From: Alphaproteobacteria bacterium
GTDB taxonomy: Bacteria; Pseudomonadota; Alphaproteobacteria; SPJN01
Assembly (NCBI GenBank): GCA_965227065.1
Contig: CBDDFN010000003.1
Span: 30,303 to 94,302 of the forward strand
Length of the DNA stretch: 64,000 nt
Direction: 5' to 3'
The position numbers were made by a program, and so were the translations under genes. Under the pieces are notes generated by a model. It had not been told where the DNA came from. It ran no database searches and saw only the letters and a program-made list of their open reading frames with translations. Numbering within the stretch: the first letter of the stretch is position 1; the number at the start of each line of letters is the position of its first letter. Positions 32,138-41,601 of this stretch are shown here, one piece after another.

Positions 32138-32604
32138 GATTGTTTCTCCCAATAGTCGGCCATGATCTCGCGCGCCCATTCAGGCTCAAAGAAATCGCCG
32201 CGCGGGCGAAAGCCTGCCATGACAGGCTTGAGATCAAGCACCGGCGTGCCGTCAATTGCATCAAGCCCGCGCACAAACAGCCTTGTGCCTTCAACCTTCA
32301 CCACATGGGCAATGGTGACGCCCAGATGATTGGGCCGCGAATGGCCGCGCTGGGCGAAAATGCCGACCTTGGGCCAGTCGGTGCGGCCGCGCGGATGGCG
32401 CGCGCCGGTGACAATCTTGGCGGGGTCGGCCTTGTGGAAACAGTAGATCACCTGCACATGGGAAAATTGATCAAGCCCCAGAAGCGCATCGCCGGTGAAG
32501 CGGCTTTCATCCAGCGCGATCACCGCCTCAACGGCGTCCCAATCATCATCATCAGGTTCAATCCGTCCGCCTTCAACGGTTCCAATGGGAGTGATATCAG
32601 TCAT
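32134..32604 (-). CDS. TsaA/TrmO-like (UPF0066) SAM-binding protein
   Basis: GIFAQRGHSRPNHLGVT, GLDAIDGTPVLDLKP. Confidence 0.88.
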   Translation of the reverse strand: MTDITPIGTVEGGRIEPDDDDWDAVEAVIALDESRFTGDALLGLDQFSHVQVIYCFHKADPAKIVTGARHPRGRTDWPKVGIFAQRGHSRPNHLGVTIAHVVKVEGTRLFVRGLDAIDGTPVLDLKPVMAGFRPRGDFFEPEWAREIMADYWEKQS

Positions 32605-32649
32605 TGCAGGTTTCCTTGCCGGAGGACTATGGGCAGGCGCGATGCGCAT

Positions 32650-32679
32650 AAAAAACCCCGGTCGGTTGACCGGGGTTTT
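32650..32679 (-). terminator. Rho-independent terminator (bidirectional shape)
   Basis: AAAACCCCGGTC-GGTT-GACCGGGGTTTT. Confidence 0.85.
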
Positions 32680-32703
32680 GTGTTGGTCGTTCAAGCGCGC
32701 AGC

Positions 32704-33513
32704 TTAGAGCAACGGAGGCAGAAGCCCGCCGCCACCGCCACCGCCGCCATTGAGGATTTCCTCAACTTCGCGGATGTCTTTGATGATCCGTTCGGTTTCG
32801 CGGATGTTGCGAACCAGCAGATTGCCCGGATCATCATAGCGGTCACGATGCTTGACGGTCTTGCCTTCGCCCCACAGTGAAATGCGGATGCCGCCCAAAA
32901 CCACTTCATCGGTTTCGGTGCCGATCTTGCCGTCCACGAACAGGGTCACACCTTCAAGCAGGCCGAACTCAGCCCCGGCATTGAACTGAAAGTCTTCATT
33001 GCCTTCAAAGCCAAGCGCGGTCACACCCAGATTCAGCGCCACATCGTCGGTGGCGTAGAACTTGCCTTCAACACCGGCGAACCAGAAATCATCAGAGATG
33101 AAATCGGTCTCGGCCGATTGCCAGCCGATCGTGCCGCCCAGCGTCACATCATCGAAATACCATTCGGTTTCGATGCCCAGCCGCCAGACATCATAGATAT
33201 TGTCGACATCCATATAAGACGCGACCAGGCCGAACAGGCCGGTTGACGGCGCGCGCCAGAACAGGTGGCCGCCGATACCGTAGGCGAATTCGCCATCCAG
33301 CGAACCGGCCATTGCGTCAACCTGCGCGCCAATACCTTCAAGGATCGGAATGGCGACCGAACCGGCACCGCCATACGCTTCCCCTTCGCTCAAAATTCCG
33401 CCAAAGCCTTCGCCTTTAATATTAAGCTGTGACACGGCGTTCTTCTCGGCAAATGCCGGAGCCGCCAACATCAAAGCCGTCCCCGCGATGGCCGCTGCCA
33501 ATCCGTAGCGCAT
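32704..33513 (-). CDS. Predicted outer-membrane beta-barrel protein
   Basis: Signal peptide ending ...APAFA; alternating amphipathic strands rich in G/Y/F/W; C-terminal Gly run. Confidence 0.75.
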   Translation of the reverse strand: MRYGLAAAIAGTALMLAAPAFAEKNAVSQLNIKGEGFGGILSEGEAYGGAGSVAIPILEGIGAQVDAMAGSLDGEFAYGIGGHLFWRAPSTGLFGLVASYMDVDNIYDVWRLGIETEWYFDDVTLGGTIGWQSAETDFISDDFWFAGVEGKFYATDDVALNLGVTALGFEGNEDFQFNAGAEFGLLEGVTLFVDGKIGTETDEVVLGGIRISLWGEGKTVKHRDRYDDPGNLLVRNIRETERIIKDIREVEEILNGGGGGGGGLLPPLL

Positions 33514-33729
33514 GATCTCTCACCCTCTTTTCACTGGTGGTCTGAAATTAGACGAACAATAGCCGAGCCGCCCCGCGTGTCAAAGAACAGCTTGAGCTTT
33601 CGCACTCCTTAACCGCGTTTCACGCCCCCCTGCGGGAAATATGCCACGCCTTGATGACACAAAATGGGGAGCCCGCACGACAAAAGGCGCGCAATTCCGC
33701 CCGCGGCTTCCGTCAAGGCAATTTTTTAC

Positions 33730-34003
33730 TTATCCACAGCTTTTCCTCCTTGCGCGTGATTCCGGGTTAAGGCACTATATGTAGCGTTGCGAGGGGGAAC
33801 GAACCACGCGATCTTGGTTGAAACACCGGATTTTGCGTTTTCCAACACCTCACATACTCTGACCGACGCACCCGTCTGGTGCGGAAATTCTGAACGATAA
33901 CAGCGAGTTACTTGACTCAACGAGTTATCCACACGGTTTTCCACCGGCTGGCCGGGACAGAGGCGATAGAGAATTCAAGACCACGGACCACCAGATATGG
34001 GGG
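33730..34003 (+). promoter_or_regulatory. nrdA control region: NrdR boxes, DnaA boxes and GANTC sites
   Basis: NrdR-like gcaCTATATGTAGcgt (33772-33787), weaker copies at 33804-33819 (32 bp away) and 33988-34003; perfect TTATCCACA at 33730-33738 and 33925-33933; GANTC at 33758 and 33914. Confidence 0.7.
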
Positions 34004-34108
34004 GCTGAGCCGTTTAGGACGGCCCCATACAGGAAACGAGTCTCAAAATCAGCCGCCAAGGACAGAAGGCGGGGGCAGAGGACGAAAAGAGGATAAGGGG
34101 CGAATAAG

Positions 34109-36091
34109 ATGAGCAATCGGCAAGACAATACGGCCCATCTGGAACATACTCCGGTCAACGAATCCGAGGCCAAGGCGGCAGTCAATCGCCAGCCTTTGCG
34201 CACCGGCCCCTCCACCTCTCCCCGATCATCCGAGGCCCAGTCGCCCGACGCCTTTAACCGTGCACCGATCAAAATGCCCAGTACCAAACCCAAAACATTC
34301 GAAGCCGCCGATGATTATGCCATCCGCATTGATCATGCGCGCGACGCCAATCTGACCGACTTTGGCAAAGCCACGCTCACCGACCGTTATTTGCTGCCCG
34401 GCGAATCCTATCAGGACCTGTTTGCCCGGGTCGCCCGCGCTTACGCCGATGATCAGGCCCACGCCCAGCGCATCTATGACTACATCTCGAAATTATGGTT
34501 CATGCCGGCAACGCCGGTTCTGTCCAATGGCGGCGCGAATCGCGGCCTGCCGATTTCGTGCTTTCTGAATTCGGTCGATGACAATCTCGACGGCATTGTC
34601 GGCACCTGGAATGAGAATGTCTGGCTTGCCTCCAATGGCGGCGGCATCGGCACCTATTGGGGCGGTGTCCGTTCGATCGGGGAAAAGGTGGGCAAAGCCG
34701 GCCAGACCAGCGGCATCATCCCCTTCATCCGGGTGATGGATTCGCTTACCCTTGCGATCAGCCAGGGCAGCTTGCGGCGCGGCTCGGCAGCCGTCTATCT
34801 CGACGTGCATCACCCCGAAGTTGAAGAGTTTCTTGAGATCCGCAAGCCTTCAGGTGATTTCAACCGCAAGAGCCTGAACCTTCATCATGCGATCAACATC
34901 ACCGATGAATTTATGGAAGCGGTGATTGCCGATGAGGAATTCGGCCTGCGTTCGCCCAAAAATGATGAGGTGATCAAGACCATCAATGCCCGCAAGCTGT
35001 GGCAGAAGATTTTGGAAATCCGCCTGCAAACGGGCGAACCTTATCTGATCTTCTCCGACACGGTGAACCGGCAGATGGCCGCCCATCAACGCAAACTGGG
35101 CCTTAAAGTTTCGACCTCGAATCTGTGCTCGGAAATCACGCTGCATACCGGGCCTGATCATCTGGGTCACGACCGCACCGCCGTGTGCTGCCTGTCATCG
35201 CTCAATGCCGAGAAATGGTTTGAATGGTCGGAAGACGAGCTGTTCCTTGAAGACGTCATGCGCTTTTTGGACAATGTCTTGCAGGACTTTATCGACCGGG
35301 CGCCCGAAGCCATGCAATCGGCCGTCTATTCAGCGATCCGCGAACGCTCCGTCGGGTTGGGACTGATGGGCTATCACTCCTTCCTGCAAGGCCAGAACAT
35401 TCCGTTTGAAAGCGCGATGGCCAAATCATGGAATATGCGGCTGTTCAAACATATCCGCGCCGGTGTTGATAAAGCATCAATCACCCTTGCCGAAGAACGC
35501 GGCTCGTGCCTTGACGCTGAAGAGGCGGGCATGGTGGCGCGCTTCTCGCACAAGCTTGCCATTGCGCCCACCGCTTCGATCTCGATCATTTGCGGCGGCA
35601 CGTCGGCCTGTATTGAGCCGATCCCGGCCAATATCTACACGCACAAAACCCTGTCGGGCTCGTTCACTGTGAAGAACCCGCATCTGATTGCCCTGCTCGA
35701 TGAAAAAGAGCTCAACACGGCTGAGACCTGGCACTCGATCCTCGAACATGAAGGCTCGGTCCAGCATCTTGAGGGGTTGAGCGAGGATGAAAAGGCGTGC
35801 TTCCGCACCGCCTTTGAAATCGACCAGCGTTGGGTGATTGAACATGCCGCCGACCGCGCGCCTTACATCTGTCAGGCCCAATCGATCAATCTGTTCCTGC
35901 CCGGCGACATCGACAAATGGGATCTGCACATGCTGCATTGGCAAGCGTGGGAACGCGGCGTGAAGAGCCTTTATTACTGCCGCTCGAAATCGGTGCAGCG
36001 CGCAGGCTTTGCCGGTGGCGAAGCCAAGGCTGACTTCGGTGACATGGAGATCGAGCGCACCGACTATGATGAGTGTCTCGCCTGCCAGTAG
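34109..36091 (+). CDS. nrdA: Class Ia ribonucleotide reductase alpha subunit, no ATP cone
   Basis: PATPVLSNGG, PISCFL, SNLCSEI, IAPTASIS, SLYYCRS, C-terminal CLAC. Confidence 0.96.
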   Translation: MSNRQDNTAHLEHTPVNESEAKAAVNRQPLRTGPSTSPRSSEAQSPDAFNRAPIKMPSTKPKTFEAADDYAIRIDHARDANLTDFGKATLTDRYLLPGESYQDLFARVARAYADDQAHAQRIYDYISKLWFMPATPVLSNGGANRGLPISCFLNSVDDNLDGIVGTWNENVWLASNGGGIGTYWGGVRSIGEKVGKAGQTSGIIPFIRVMDSLTLAISQGSLRRGSAAVYLDVHHPEVEEFLEIRKPSGDFNRKSLNLHHAINITDEFMEAVIADEEFGLRSPKNDEVIKTINARKLWQKILEIRLQTGEPYLIFSDTVNRQMAAHQRKLGLKVSTSNLCSEITLHTGPDHLGHDRTAVCCLSSLNAEKWFEWSEDELFLEDVMRFLDNVLQDFIDRAPEAMQSAVYSAIRERSVGLGLMGYHSFLQGQNIPFESAMAKSWNMRLFKHIRAGVDKASITLAEERGSCLDAEEAGMVARFSHKLAIAPTASISIICGGTSACIEPIPANIYTHKTLSGSFTVKNPHLIALLDEKELNTAETWHSILEHEGSVQHLEGLSEDEKACFRTAFEIDQRWVIEHAADRAPYICQAQSINLFLPGDIDKWDLHMLHWQAWERGVKSLYYCRSKSVQRAGFAGGEAKADFGDMEIERTDYDECLACQ

Positions 36092-36130
36092 GTGGCCATC
36101 TGGCCACTGAGATTATCGCTCCGTGAAGGA

Positions 36131-36160
36131 AAGGCGCCGGTCATGCGGCGCCTTTTTCTT
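36131..36160 (+). terminator. Terminator after nrdA
   Basis: AAGGCGCCG-GTCATG-CGGCGCCTT-TTTCTT. Confidence 0.85.
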
Positions 36161-36237
36161 GAGAGCAGCGGAACTCGTCAATTGGTTCCCCTTGCCGCAT
36201 CGTTGAGCCATCATCCGGTACCGAAAAGATTTCATCA

Positions 36238-36319
36238 TCGCGACCGGCCCGAGGGTGGGTGCGGGACGCGCCCGCCCATGGGGGCGGGTCGGGCGCGATC
36301 TATCGCTCCGCGATAGATA
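36238..36319. repeat. GC-rich hairpin cluster at the left flank of the low-GC gene
   Basis: GGGTGGGTGCG-GGA-CGCGCCCGCCC and ATCTATCGC-TCC-GCGATAGAT stems. Confidence 0.6.
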
Positions 36320-36325
36320 AAAATC

Positions 36326-37345
36326 TCAATGATCCACGCTGTCCGAATCTAGCACTTGCCGAATTAGTCCGGACGTAATCCATCCAAGCTGTCCAACATA
36401 AATTTGAGCCAACGTCGCGCGTATTCCGCGCGAATCTGTCGTCGCCCTAGTCATCCAGTTTACAATCGGTTTTAGCCCAGGATCAAAGTGTGAACCGACA
36501 AGATTGCCTAGCTCTTTCAAAACTTGCCGATTGGTTAAATCGAGCTGGTTCACCTTCCCCCATCTACAATCTAACCATACATCGAGGTCTATCTGAATTG
36601 GCCATTTTTCGTGTCTTTCCAGCTCAATCGTTGGAACAGTTATCTGAGAATTAGATTTTTCTTTAACTGTTCCTACCGCGAACTGCTCGCTTAAATGGTG
36701 ACCGCTATCATATACCAACAAGCGCCTATTCTTGATTGCCGCACATGCTTGAAGAAGTGGAAGAGGACGCCCATCTGCTATCGTGAGCCTCAACCGTGAC
36801 GCCAGTCCCTTATAGTGATGCAGGCTGCCTGCGCGAAGAAAATCTAACAAATCGTCGATCTGCTGCTGCTCTTCACGCAACGCGCTAAGGAATTCCTCGC
36901 TCGTCGCAGCGATCCGACCGGGTGGCGTTTGCCAACCAGCCAAAGTGTCCCTTCTTTTGCGAAAAGCTAGCTCATTCTGCGCAGAAAAATCGCATTCGGC
37001 TCCTGATGAAATCGCTTGAACTGTCCAATTTTCCGGTACTGACTGGTCATTATTTGATATCAGCAGTCCTTTCAGAGCCAGATTCCATTCCGAAGGAAAC
37101 TCCCATGAAAACGCAATTTTTGTTCTTTTGGTGTTGGCAAAATTCAGTTGCGGCGTTCTTGCCTCAATCTTCAAACCATCGATTTTCCGTATAACTTTCA
37201 AACATATTTTTCCCTCTCTTGTCGCTGTCGCAACAAAAGTACCTACGTCAAAATCTATTCTCTGTATTTCAAAATTGCGTTTTGGCGGCCATTCCGTGGA
37301 GGACAAAAATTCGAAAACATATGTGCCTTGGTCAATATTCTGCAA
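36326..37345 (-). CDS. Low-GC orphan hypothetical protein (about 340 aa), horizontally acquired
   Basis: Long open frame in AT-rich DNA (sampled lines 37-50% GC); likely TTG start at 37345 with GGAG 7 nt upstream; frequent TTA/CTA/ATA codons. Confidence 0.75.
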   Translation of the reverse strand: MQNIDQGTYVFEFLSSTEWPPKRNFEIQRIDFDVGTFVATATREGKICLKVIRKIDGLKIEARTPQLNFANTKRTKIAFSWEFPSEWNLALKGLLISNNDQSVPENWTVQAISSGAECDFSAQNELAFRKRRDTLAGWQTPPGRIAATSEEFLSALREEQQQIDDLLDFLRAGSLHHYKGLASRLRLTIADGRPLPLLQACAAIKNRRLLVYDSGHHLSEQFAVGTVKEKSNSQITVPTIELERHEKWPIQIDLDVWLDCRWGKVNQLDLTNRQVLKELGNLVGSHFDPGLKPIVNWMTRATTDSRGIRATLAQIYVGQLGWITSGLIRQVLDSDSVDH

Positions 37346-37418
37346 TCTCAAGCTCCGTAACTTGGATTTGGTGCAAGTATTTTCTCAGTCGGAGCGCGAA
37401 CGCTGCCCGACGCCCCCC

Positions 37419-38183
37419 TCACCCGCCATTCATTTCGGCCAGCGCATCAGGGTTGGCAAAGGAGAAGATGAAGGCCGGGCGCCCGCGCGTGGGGGAGCGA
37501 TTAGGCCCAGTGTAATGAGGCGTGGCATAGCCATGAACCGTGGCGCCGCCCGCTTTCAACGGACAGGCGATCTTGGCAGACAGATCAAGATCGCGGTCCG
37601 GGTCGGTCATGGCCAGCAAGCGTCCATCATCATCAGGATCACCCGCTGACACAAAATGCTCCGGCATGGGCGCATTGTGCATGCCGGGAATGAATTCCAT
37701 GCAGCCCATATCGGTATCAACATCATCAAGCGCGAGCCAGAATTGCGCGATGGCATGGTTGGGCAGTTGGGTTCCAGCCGCACTCACCGGCCGGCCGGCA
37801 TAGGCCATATCCTGATGCCAGGGCGTTTCATGGGGATGCCGGGGCGGCTTGTGAATCGCCATGGAAAAACGCAGCTCCGGTTGGTCCTGCCGGACCAGAC
37901 GGCTTGCGATGATGCGCGCATTTTCAATTGCTTCATTGTCGGCAAAGGCGGGATGACACAGATGAGGCATCATAATTTGCCGGGTCAGCCCGCCAAGCTG
38001 GCGATCAAATTCCCCGCAGGCGACGCGGCCTTCCAACATATCATCATAGGCGGCCTTGAGCTGTTCGACGCACGCGGCAGAGGCAAGGTTTTCGATCACC
38101 GCGAAACCATTGTGCTCAAAATCCGACGACAGCTGGTCGAGATCAAACGCTCGCCCCCTGTCCTTTTTCGCCTCGCTGGCCAT
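37419..38183 (-). CDS. Phytanoyl-CoA dioxygenase (PhyH) family Fe(II)/2OG enzyme
   Basis: TPWHQD, FWLALDD...MGCMEFIPGMH, PHYTGPNRS...RPAF. Confidence 0.9.
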   Translation of the reverse strand: MASEAKKDRGRAFDLDQLSSDFEHNGFAVIENLASAACVEQLKAAYDDMLEGRVACGEFDRQLGGLTRQIMMPHLCHPAFADNEAIENARIIASRLVRQDQPELRFSMAIHKPPRHPHETPWHQDMAYAGRPVSAAGTQLPNHAIAQFWLALDDVDTDMGCMEFIPGMHNAPMPEHFVSAGDPDDDGRLLAMTDPDRDLDLSAKIACPLKAGGATVHGYATPHYTGPNRSPTRGRPAFIFSFANPDALAEMNGG

Positions 38184-38286
38184 GGCGCAGCTCTCCCGGT
38201 TTCACAGTCAGGTCTTGTGCCTTTTCCTGACTTATACCGGAGCGGCGTCCCCGACGGTAGGGAGATGTCAGGGGCGCGGTTGCCCC

Positions 38287-39639
38287 TCACACCACCTTCA
38301 ACTTCCACTTGCCGCGCCGGAACGCCCAGCACAGCAATGCCGTCCGCACGGTGAAGTCGACCAGCAGCACCGACCACAGCCATTCGACATCAAGGCCAAA
38401 CACATTGGCGATGAAATAGCCTGGCAACAGGCGGAAGCCTGCCAGCGCCACCAGAAGCGCCACCATGGGCGTGCGCGTATCGCCCGCCCCGCGCAGCGCC
38501 CCGCCTATGGCAAAGTCGACTGCCAGCATGGGCATGCACAAAGCCAGGATGATGATGAAGCTCTGGAACAGGCCGATTACCTCATCTGAATCGATGAAGA
38601 ACCGCCCCAAAGGCTCTGACGCCACAAACAAAACGCTGGCCATGCCGATCATGAACACCATCGCCATGCGCGCGGCTTTCCAGCCTTCGCGTTCGGCCTG
38701 CTCGGGCCTGCCCGCGCCGAGGTTCTGGCCGACCAGCGCCGAAGCTGCGACCTCAAAGCCATGACCGGGCAGAAAGGCGAGCATGAAGATCTGCACGCCG
38801 ATCTGATAGGCAACCAGTTCCGCGGTACCATAGCCTGCCATCAGTCCGACAAAGGCGAGCATGACCACATTAAACAGCACGCCTTCGGCCGCACTCGGCG
38901 CGCCGATGACGGCAATGCGCCGCCACATGGCAAAGTCGAGCCGCCATCGCCCGCCGGTGATCGGCAGGATCGTCCAGCCCTTGCGCCACCAAAACACCAG
39001 CAGCAGCGTGGCAACGACAAGGCTGAGGCTCGAGGCAAGTCCCGCGCCCGCCGCCCCCATGGCAGGGGCGCCCCAATGGCCATAGATGAAAATCCAGTTG
39101 AGCCCGACATTGAGCACATTGGCGATGAGGCCAAGCCATAAGGGCGTCATGGCATCCCCGCCCGCCCGCAAGGACGACGCAAGCTGCATCGACACGGCCA
39201 AAGGGACAAGTCCGGTCAGCATCCAGAACAGATAGCCCGCGCCCAGCGCGGTCACTTCGGCTTCGGTACCGATCCATACAAAAATCGGTTCAAGCAATAA
39301 AAGCCCGACGCCAAAAGTTACGATGGATACCACGACAGACAAGGAAACCGCCTGGCGTGTGGCCTGATCGACCTCGTCAAACCGCCCTGCCCCATAGGCC
39401 CGCGCCACAATCGCGGTCAGCCCGACCGACAGGGCAATGACGGCCATCTGAAACAGCCAGGTGGCCTGTCCGCCAACCGTGACGGCAGCCAAAGGCACCT
39501 CGCCCAGCACGCCGACCATCTTCATGTCCGCCCACCGGGTTGCGGTGTGCGATGCCATGGCAAGCATGGTGGGCCAGGCGAGCGACCAGACGCTCAGTGA
39601 CGCAGGCGTACCGCCCGCTGTGGTTTTGATCTCAGACAT
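38287..39639 (-). CDS. MATE family efflux transporter
   Basis: LAWPTML, DMKMVGVLG...LAAV, LRAGGDAMTP, NVGLNWIFI, GAGLAS, LRGAGDTRTP. Confidence 0.92.
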   Translation of the reverse strand: MSEIKTTAGGTPASLSVWSLAWPTMLAMASHTATRWADMKMVGVLGEVPLAAVTVGGQATWLFQMAVIALSVGLTAIVARAYGAGRFDEVDQATRQAVSLSVVVSIVTFGVGLLLLEPIFVWIGTEAEVTALGAGYLFWMLTGLVPLAVSMQLASSLRAGGDAMTPLWLGLIANVLNVGLNWIFIYGHWGAPAMGAAGAGLASSLSLVVATLLLVFWWRKGWTILPITGGRWRLDFAMWRRIAVIGAPSAAEGVLFNVVMLAFVGLMAGYGTAELVAYQIGVQIFMLAFLPGHGFEVAASALVGQNLGAGRPEQAEREGWKAARMAMVFMIGMASVLFVASEPLGRFFIDSDEVIGLFQSFIIILALCMPMLAVDFAIGGALRGAGDTRTPMVALLVALAGFRLLPGYFIANVFGLDVEWLWSVLLVDFTVRTALLCWAFRRGKWKLKVV

Positions 39640-39875
39640 TGGAATAAGGCCGATGGAACTGTTCGCGTGCACCCCTGATCGCCGGTCGTTCCGTGTCCGG
39701 CGGGGTGAATGGAGGCATGGCTCAGCGCCATACGGTCAGACGGCGCTCCATGCGAATGGTCGAAATTAGATCAGTCATCGGCTTGTCCCTTGGTTGGGGA
39801 CGCGTCTTGTAGGCGACACGAAAGCCCAAGTCCAGCGAAAATGACGGCTTCTCACAAACGTCACACACTGAATGG

Positions 39876-39900
39876 GTCATCCCGAACGTGATTCGGGATC
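39876..39900. repeat. Half copy of the GTCATCCC palindromic element
   Basis: GTCATCCCGAAC-GTG-ATTCGGGATC. Confidence 0.5.
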
Positions 39901-39981
39901 ATAAAAGCGGTTGCCACCCTTCCAAGATTTTGAATGTCGGCTCTGCTGAGCCTCCTTCAGATTGGCGATAAAGGAGGAGGT

Positions 39982-40692
39982 TTACTCCGCCGGCTCGTGC
40001 ACCGCATCTGAAGCAGATTGCGGCTCATTGAGATCAATCCGGCCAAACAACAGGGCAGCCGCGCCCACCGCAATCACCGCACCGGCGCATTGGGCGACAA
40101 TGAAGGCTGGGGCATGGCCGGGGAAGATGCCCGCAAATGTATTGCTGAGCGACCGGGCGATCGTCACCGCCGGGTTGGCAAAACTGGTCGAGGCGGTGAA
40201 CCAGTAGGCCGCCGTAATATAAAGCCCGACAGCCGACGGCACGAAACTGGCGCGGGTCTTCAAGGTCGCAAGGATGACAAACATCAGCCCGAAGGTTGCC
40301 ACCAGTTCGGAAAACCATTGGGCGGGACCATCGCGTAGCTTCTGGCTGGCCTGCATGATCTCTTGTTCAAACATCAGATGCGCCGCCCACACGCCAAGCA
40401 CGCCGCCAATGATCTGCACCCCGACATAGGCGAGCGCGAGCGCCGCGCCGATATTGCGTTTGATGAAGAAGCCCAGCGTTACCGCAGGGTTGAAATGTGC
40501 ACCTGACACCGGCCCCAGCATGGTGATCAGCACAATCAGGATTGCGCCTGTGGGGATCGTATTGCCCAAAAGCGCAACCGCAACATTCCCGCCCGCCAAC
40601 GTCTCGGCCATGATGCCAGAGCCGACGACGGTGGCGAGAAGAAAGAAGGTGCCGATCAGCTCGGCACCCAGTTTCCGGGCCGGCGAGATCAT
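39982..40692 (-). CDS. aqpS: MIP/aquaporin family channel, AqpS-type arsenite channel
   Basis: SGAHFNPAVT and STSFANPAVTIAR NPA boxes; coupled to arsC. Confidence 0.85.
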   Translation of the reverse strand: MISPARKLGAELIGTFFLLATVVGSGIMAETLAGGNVAVALLGNTIPTGAILIVLITMLGPVSGAHFNPAVTLGFFIKRNIGAALALAYVGVQIIGGVLGVWAAHLMFEQEIMQASQKLRDGPAQWFSELVATFGLMFVILATLKTRASFVPSAVGLYITAAYWFTASTSFANPAVTIARSLSNTFAGIFPGHAPAFIVAQCAGAVIAVGAAALLFGRIDLNEPQSASDAVHEPAE

Positions 40693-41210
40693 TACTCGGC
40701 AGCCGAATCGGTGGCCTGCGCCGTACCGATGGCGTCGAGCTTGTCTTGCAGTGACAGCTTGTCGAGCGAGCTGAGCGGCAGATTGACAAAGATCGAAATG
40801 CGCTGGTTGAGCATCCGGTAGGCATCGGCAAAAGCGGCGGCGACTTCGGCGTCGGTGCCTTCAACAGCAGCCGGGTCAGGCAGGCCCCAATGGGCGCTCA
40901 TCGGCTGGCCGGGCCAGATCGGGCAGACTTCGTTCGCGGCATTGTCGCAAACGGTGAAGACGAAATCGAGCTCGGGCGCGCCATCGGCGGCAAACTCATC
41001 CCAATTTTTTGACCGCAGATTGCCGGTCTTGTGGTTGAGCTGCTCAAGCAAATGAATGGCCGCGGGATGCACTTCGCCCTTGGGCTGGCTGCCGGCGGAA
41101 TAGGCGTTGAACTTGCCCATGCCCTCACGCGCCAAAATCGCTTCGGCCATGATGGAACGGGCGGAATTGCCCGTGCACAGGAAAAGAACGTTAAAGACGC
41201 GGTCACTCAT
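40692..41210 (-). CDS. arsC: Arsenate reductase, LMW-PTP fold
   Basis: NVLFLCTGNSARSIMAE, TVCD...EVCP, HWGLPDP. Confidence 0.93.
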   Translation of the reverse strand: MSDRVFNVLFLCTGNSARSIMAEAILAREGMGKFNAYSAGSQPKGEVHPAAIHLLEQLNHKTGNLRSKNWDEFAADGAPELDFVFTVCDNAANEVCPIWPGQPMSAHWGLPDPAAVEGTDAEVAAAFADAYRMLNQRISIFVNLPLSSLDKLSLQDKLDAIGTAQATDSAAE

Positions 41211-41229
41211 CGGTGAAGCTCCTGGGAAA

Positions 41230-41589
41230 TCAGGCGGGGTGTCGTTCCGCCTTGTGAGAAGATGGTGTTTCAAGCGGGTTCATCAGATTGCCGCACAATT
41301 CAGGCCGGCCATCGCAACAGTCTTCAGCCAGGAAGTTGAGCAAACCCCGCACCACATCCACTTCAACCGCATAGAGGATGAAACGGCCCTGACGGGTCGA
41401 CCGGACAAGCCCGGCCTGCTCAAGCATGTTGAGGTGGAACGACATGGAAGACGGGCTGTGTTTCACCCGGTCTGCCAGATCGCCGGCGGCAATCCCGTTC
41501 GGACCTGCCTTGACCAGCGCGCGGAAGGTTTCCAGACGGGCGGGGTGTGACAGGGCAGACAGGGCGGATATGGCGGCATCAAATTGCAT
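41230..41589 (-). CDS. arsR: ArsR/SmtB arsenite-responsive repressor
   Basis: LSHPARLETFRALV, SFHLNML, C-terminal EDCCDGRPELC. Confidence 0.93.
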   Translation of the reverse strand: MQFDAAISALSALSHPARLETFRALVKAGPNGIAAGDLADRVKHSPSSMSFHLNMLEQAGLVRSTRQGRFILYAVEVDVVRGLLNFLAEDCCDGRPELCGNLMNPLETPSSHKAERHPA

Positions 41590-41601
41590 GGCTTTGATCA
41601 T

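Noticed and set aside
33730-33933. oriC because of two perfect DnaA boxes
   Set aside because: Only two boxes, no AT-rich unwinding element and no origin-linked genes; better explained as nrdA regulation
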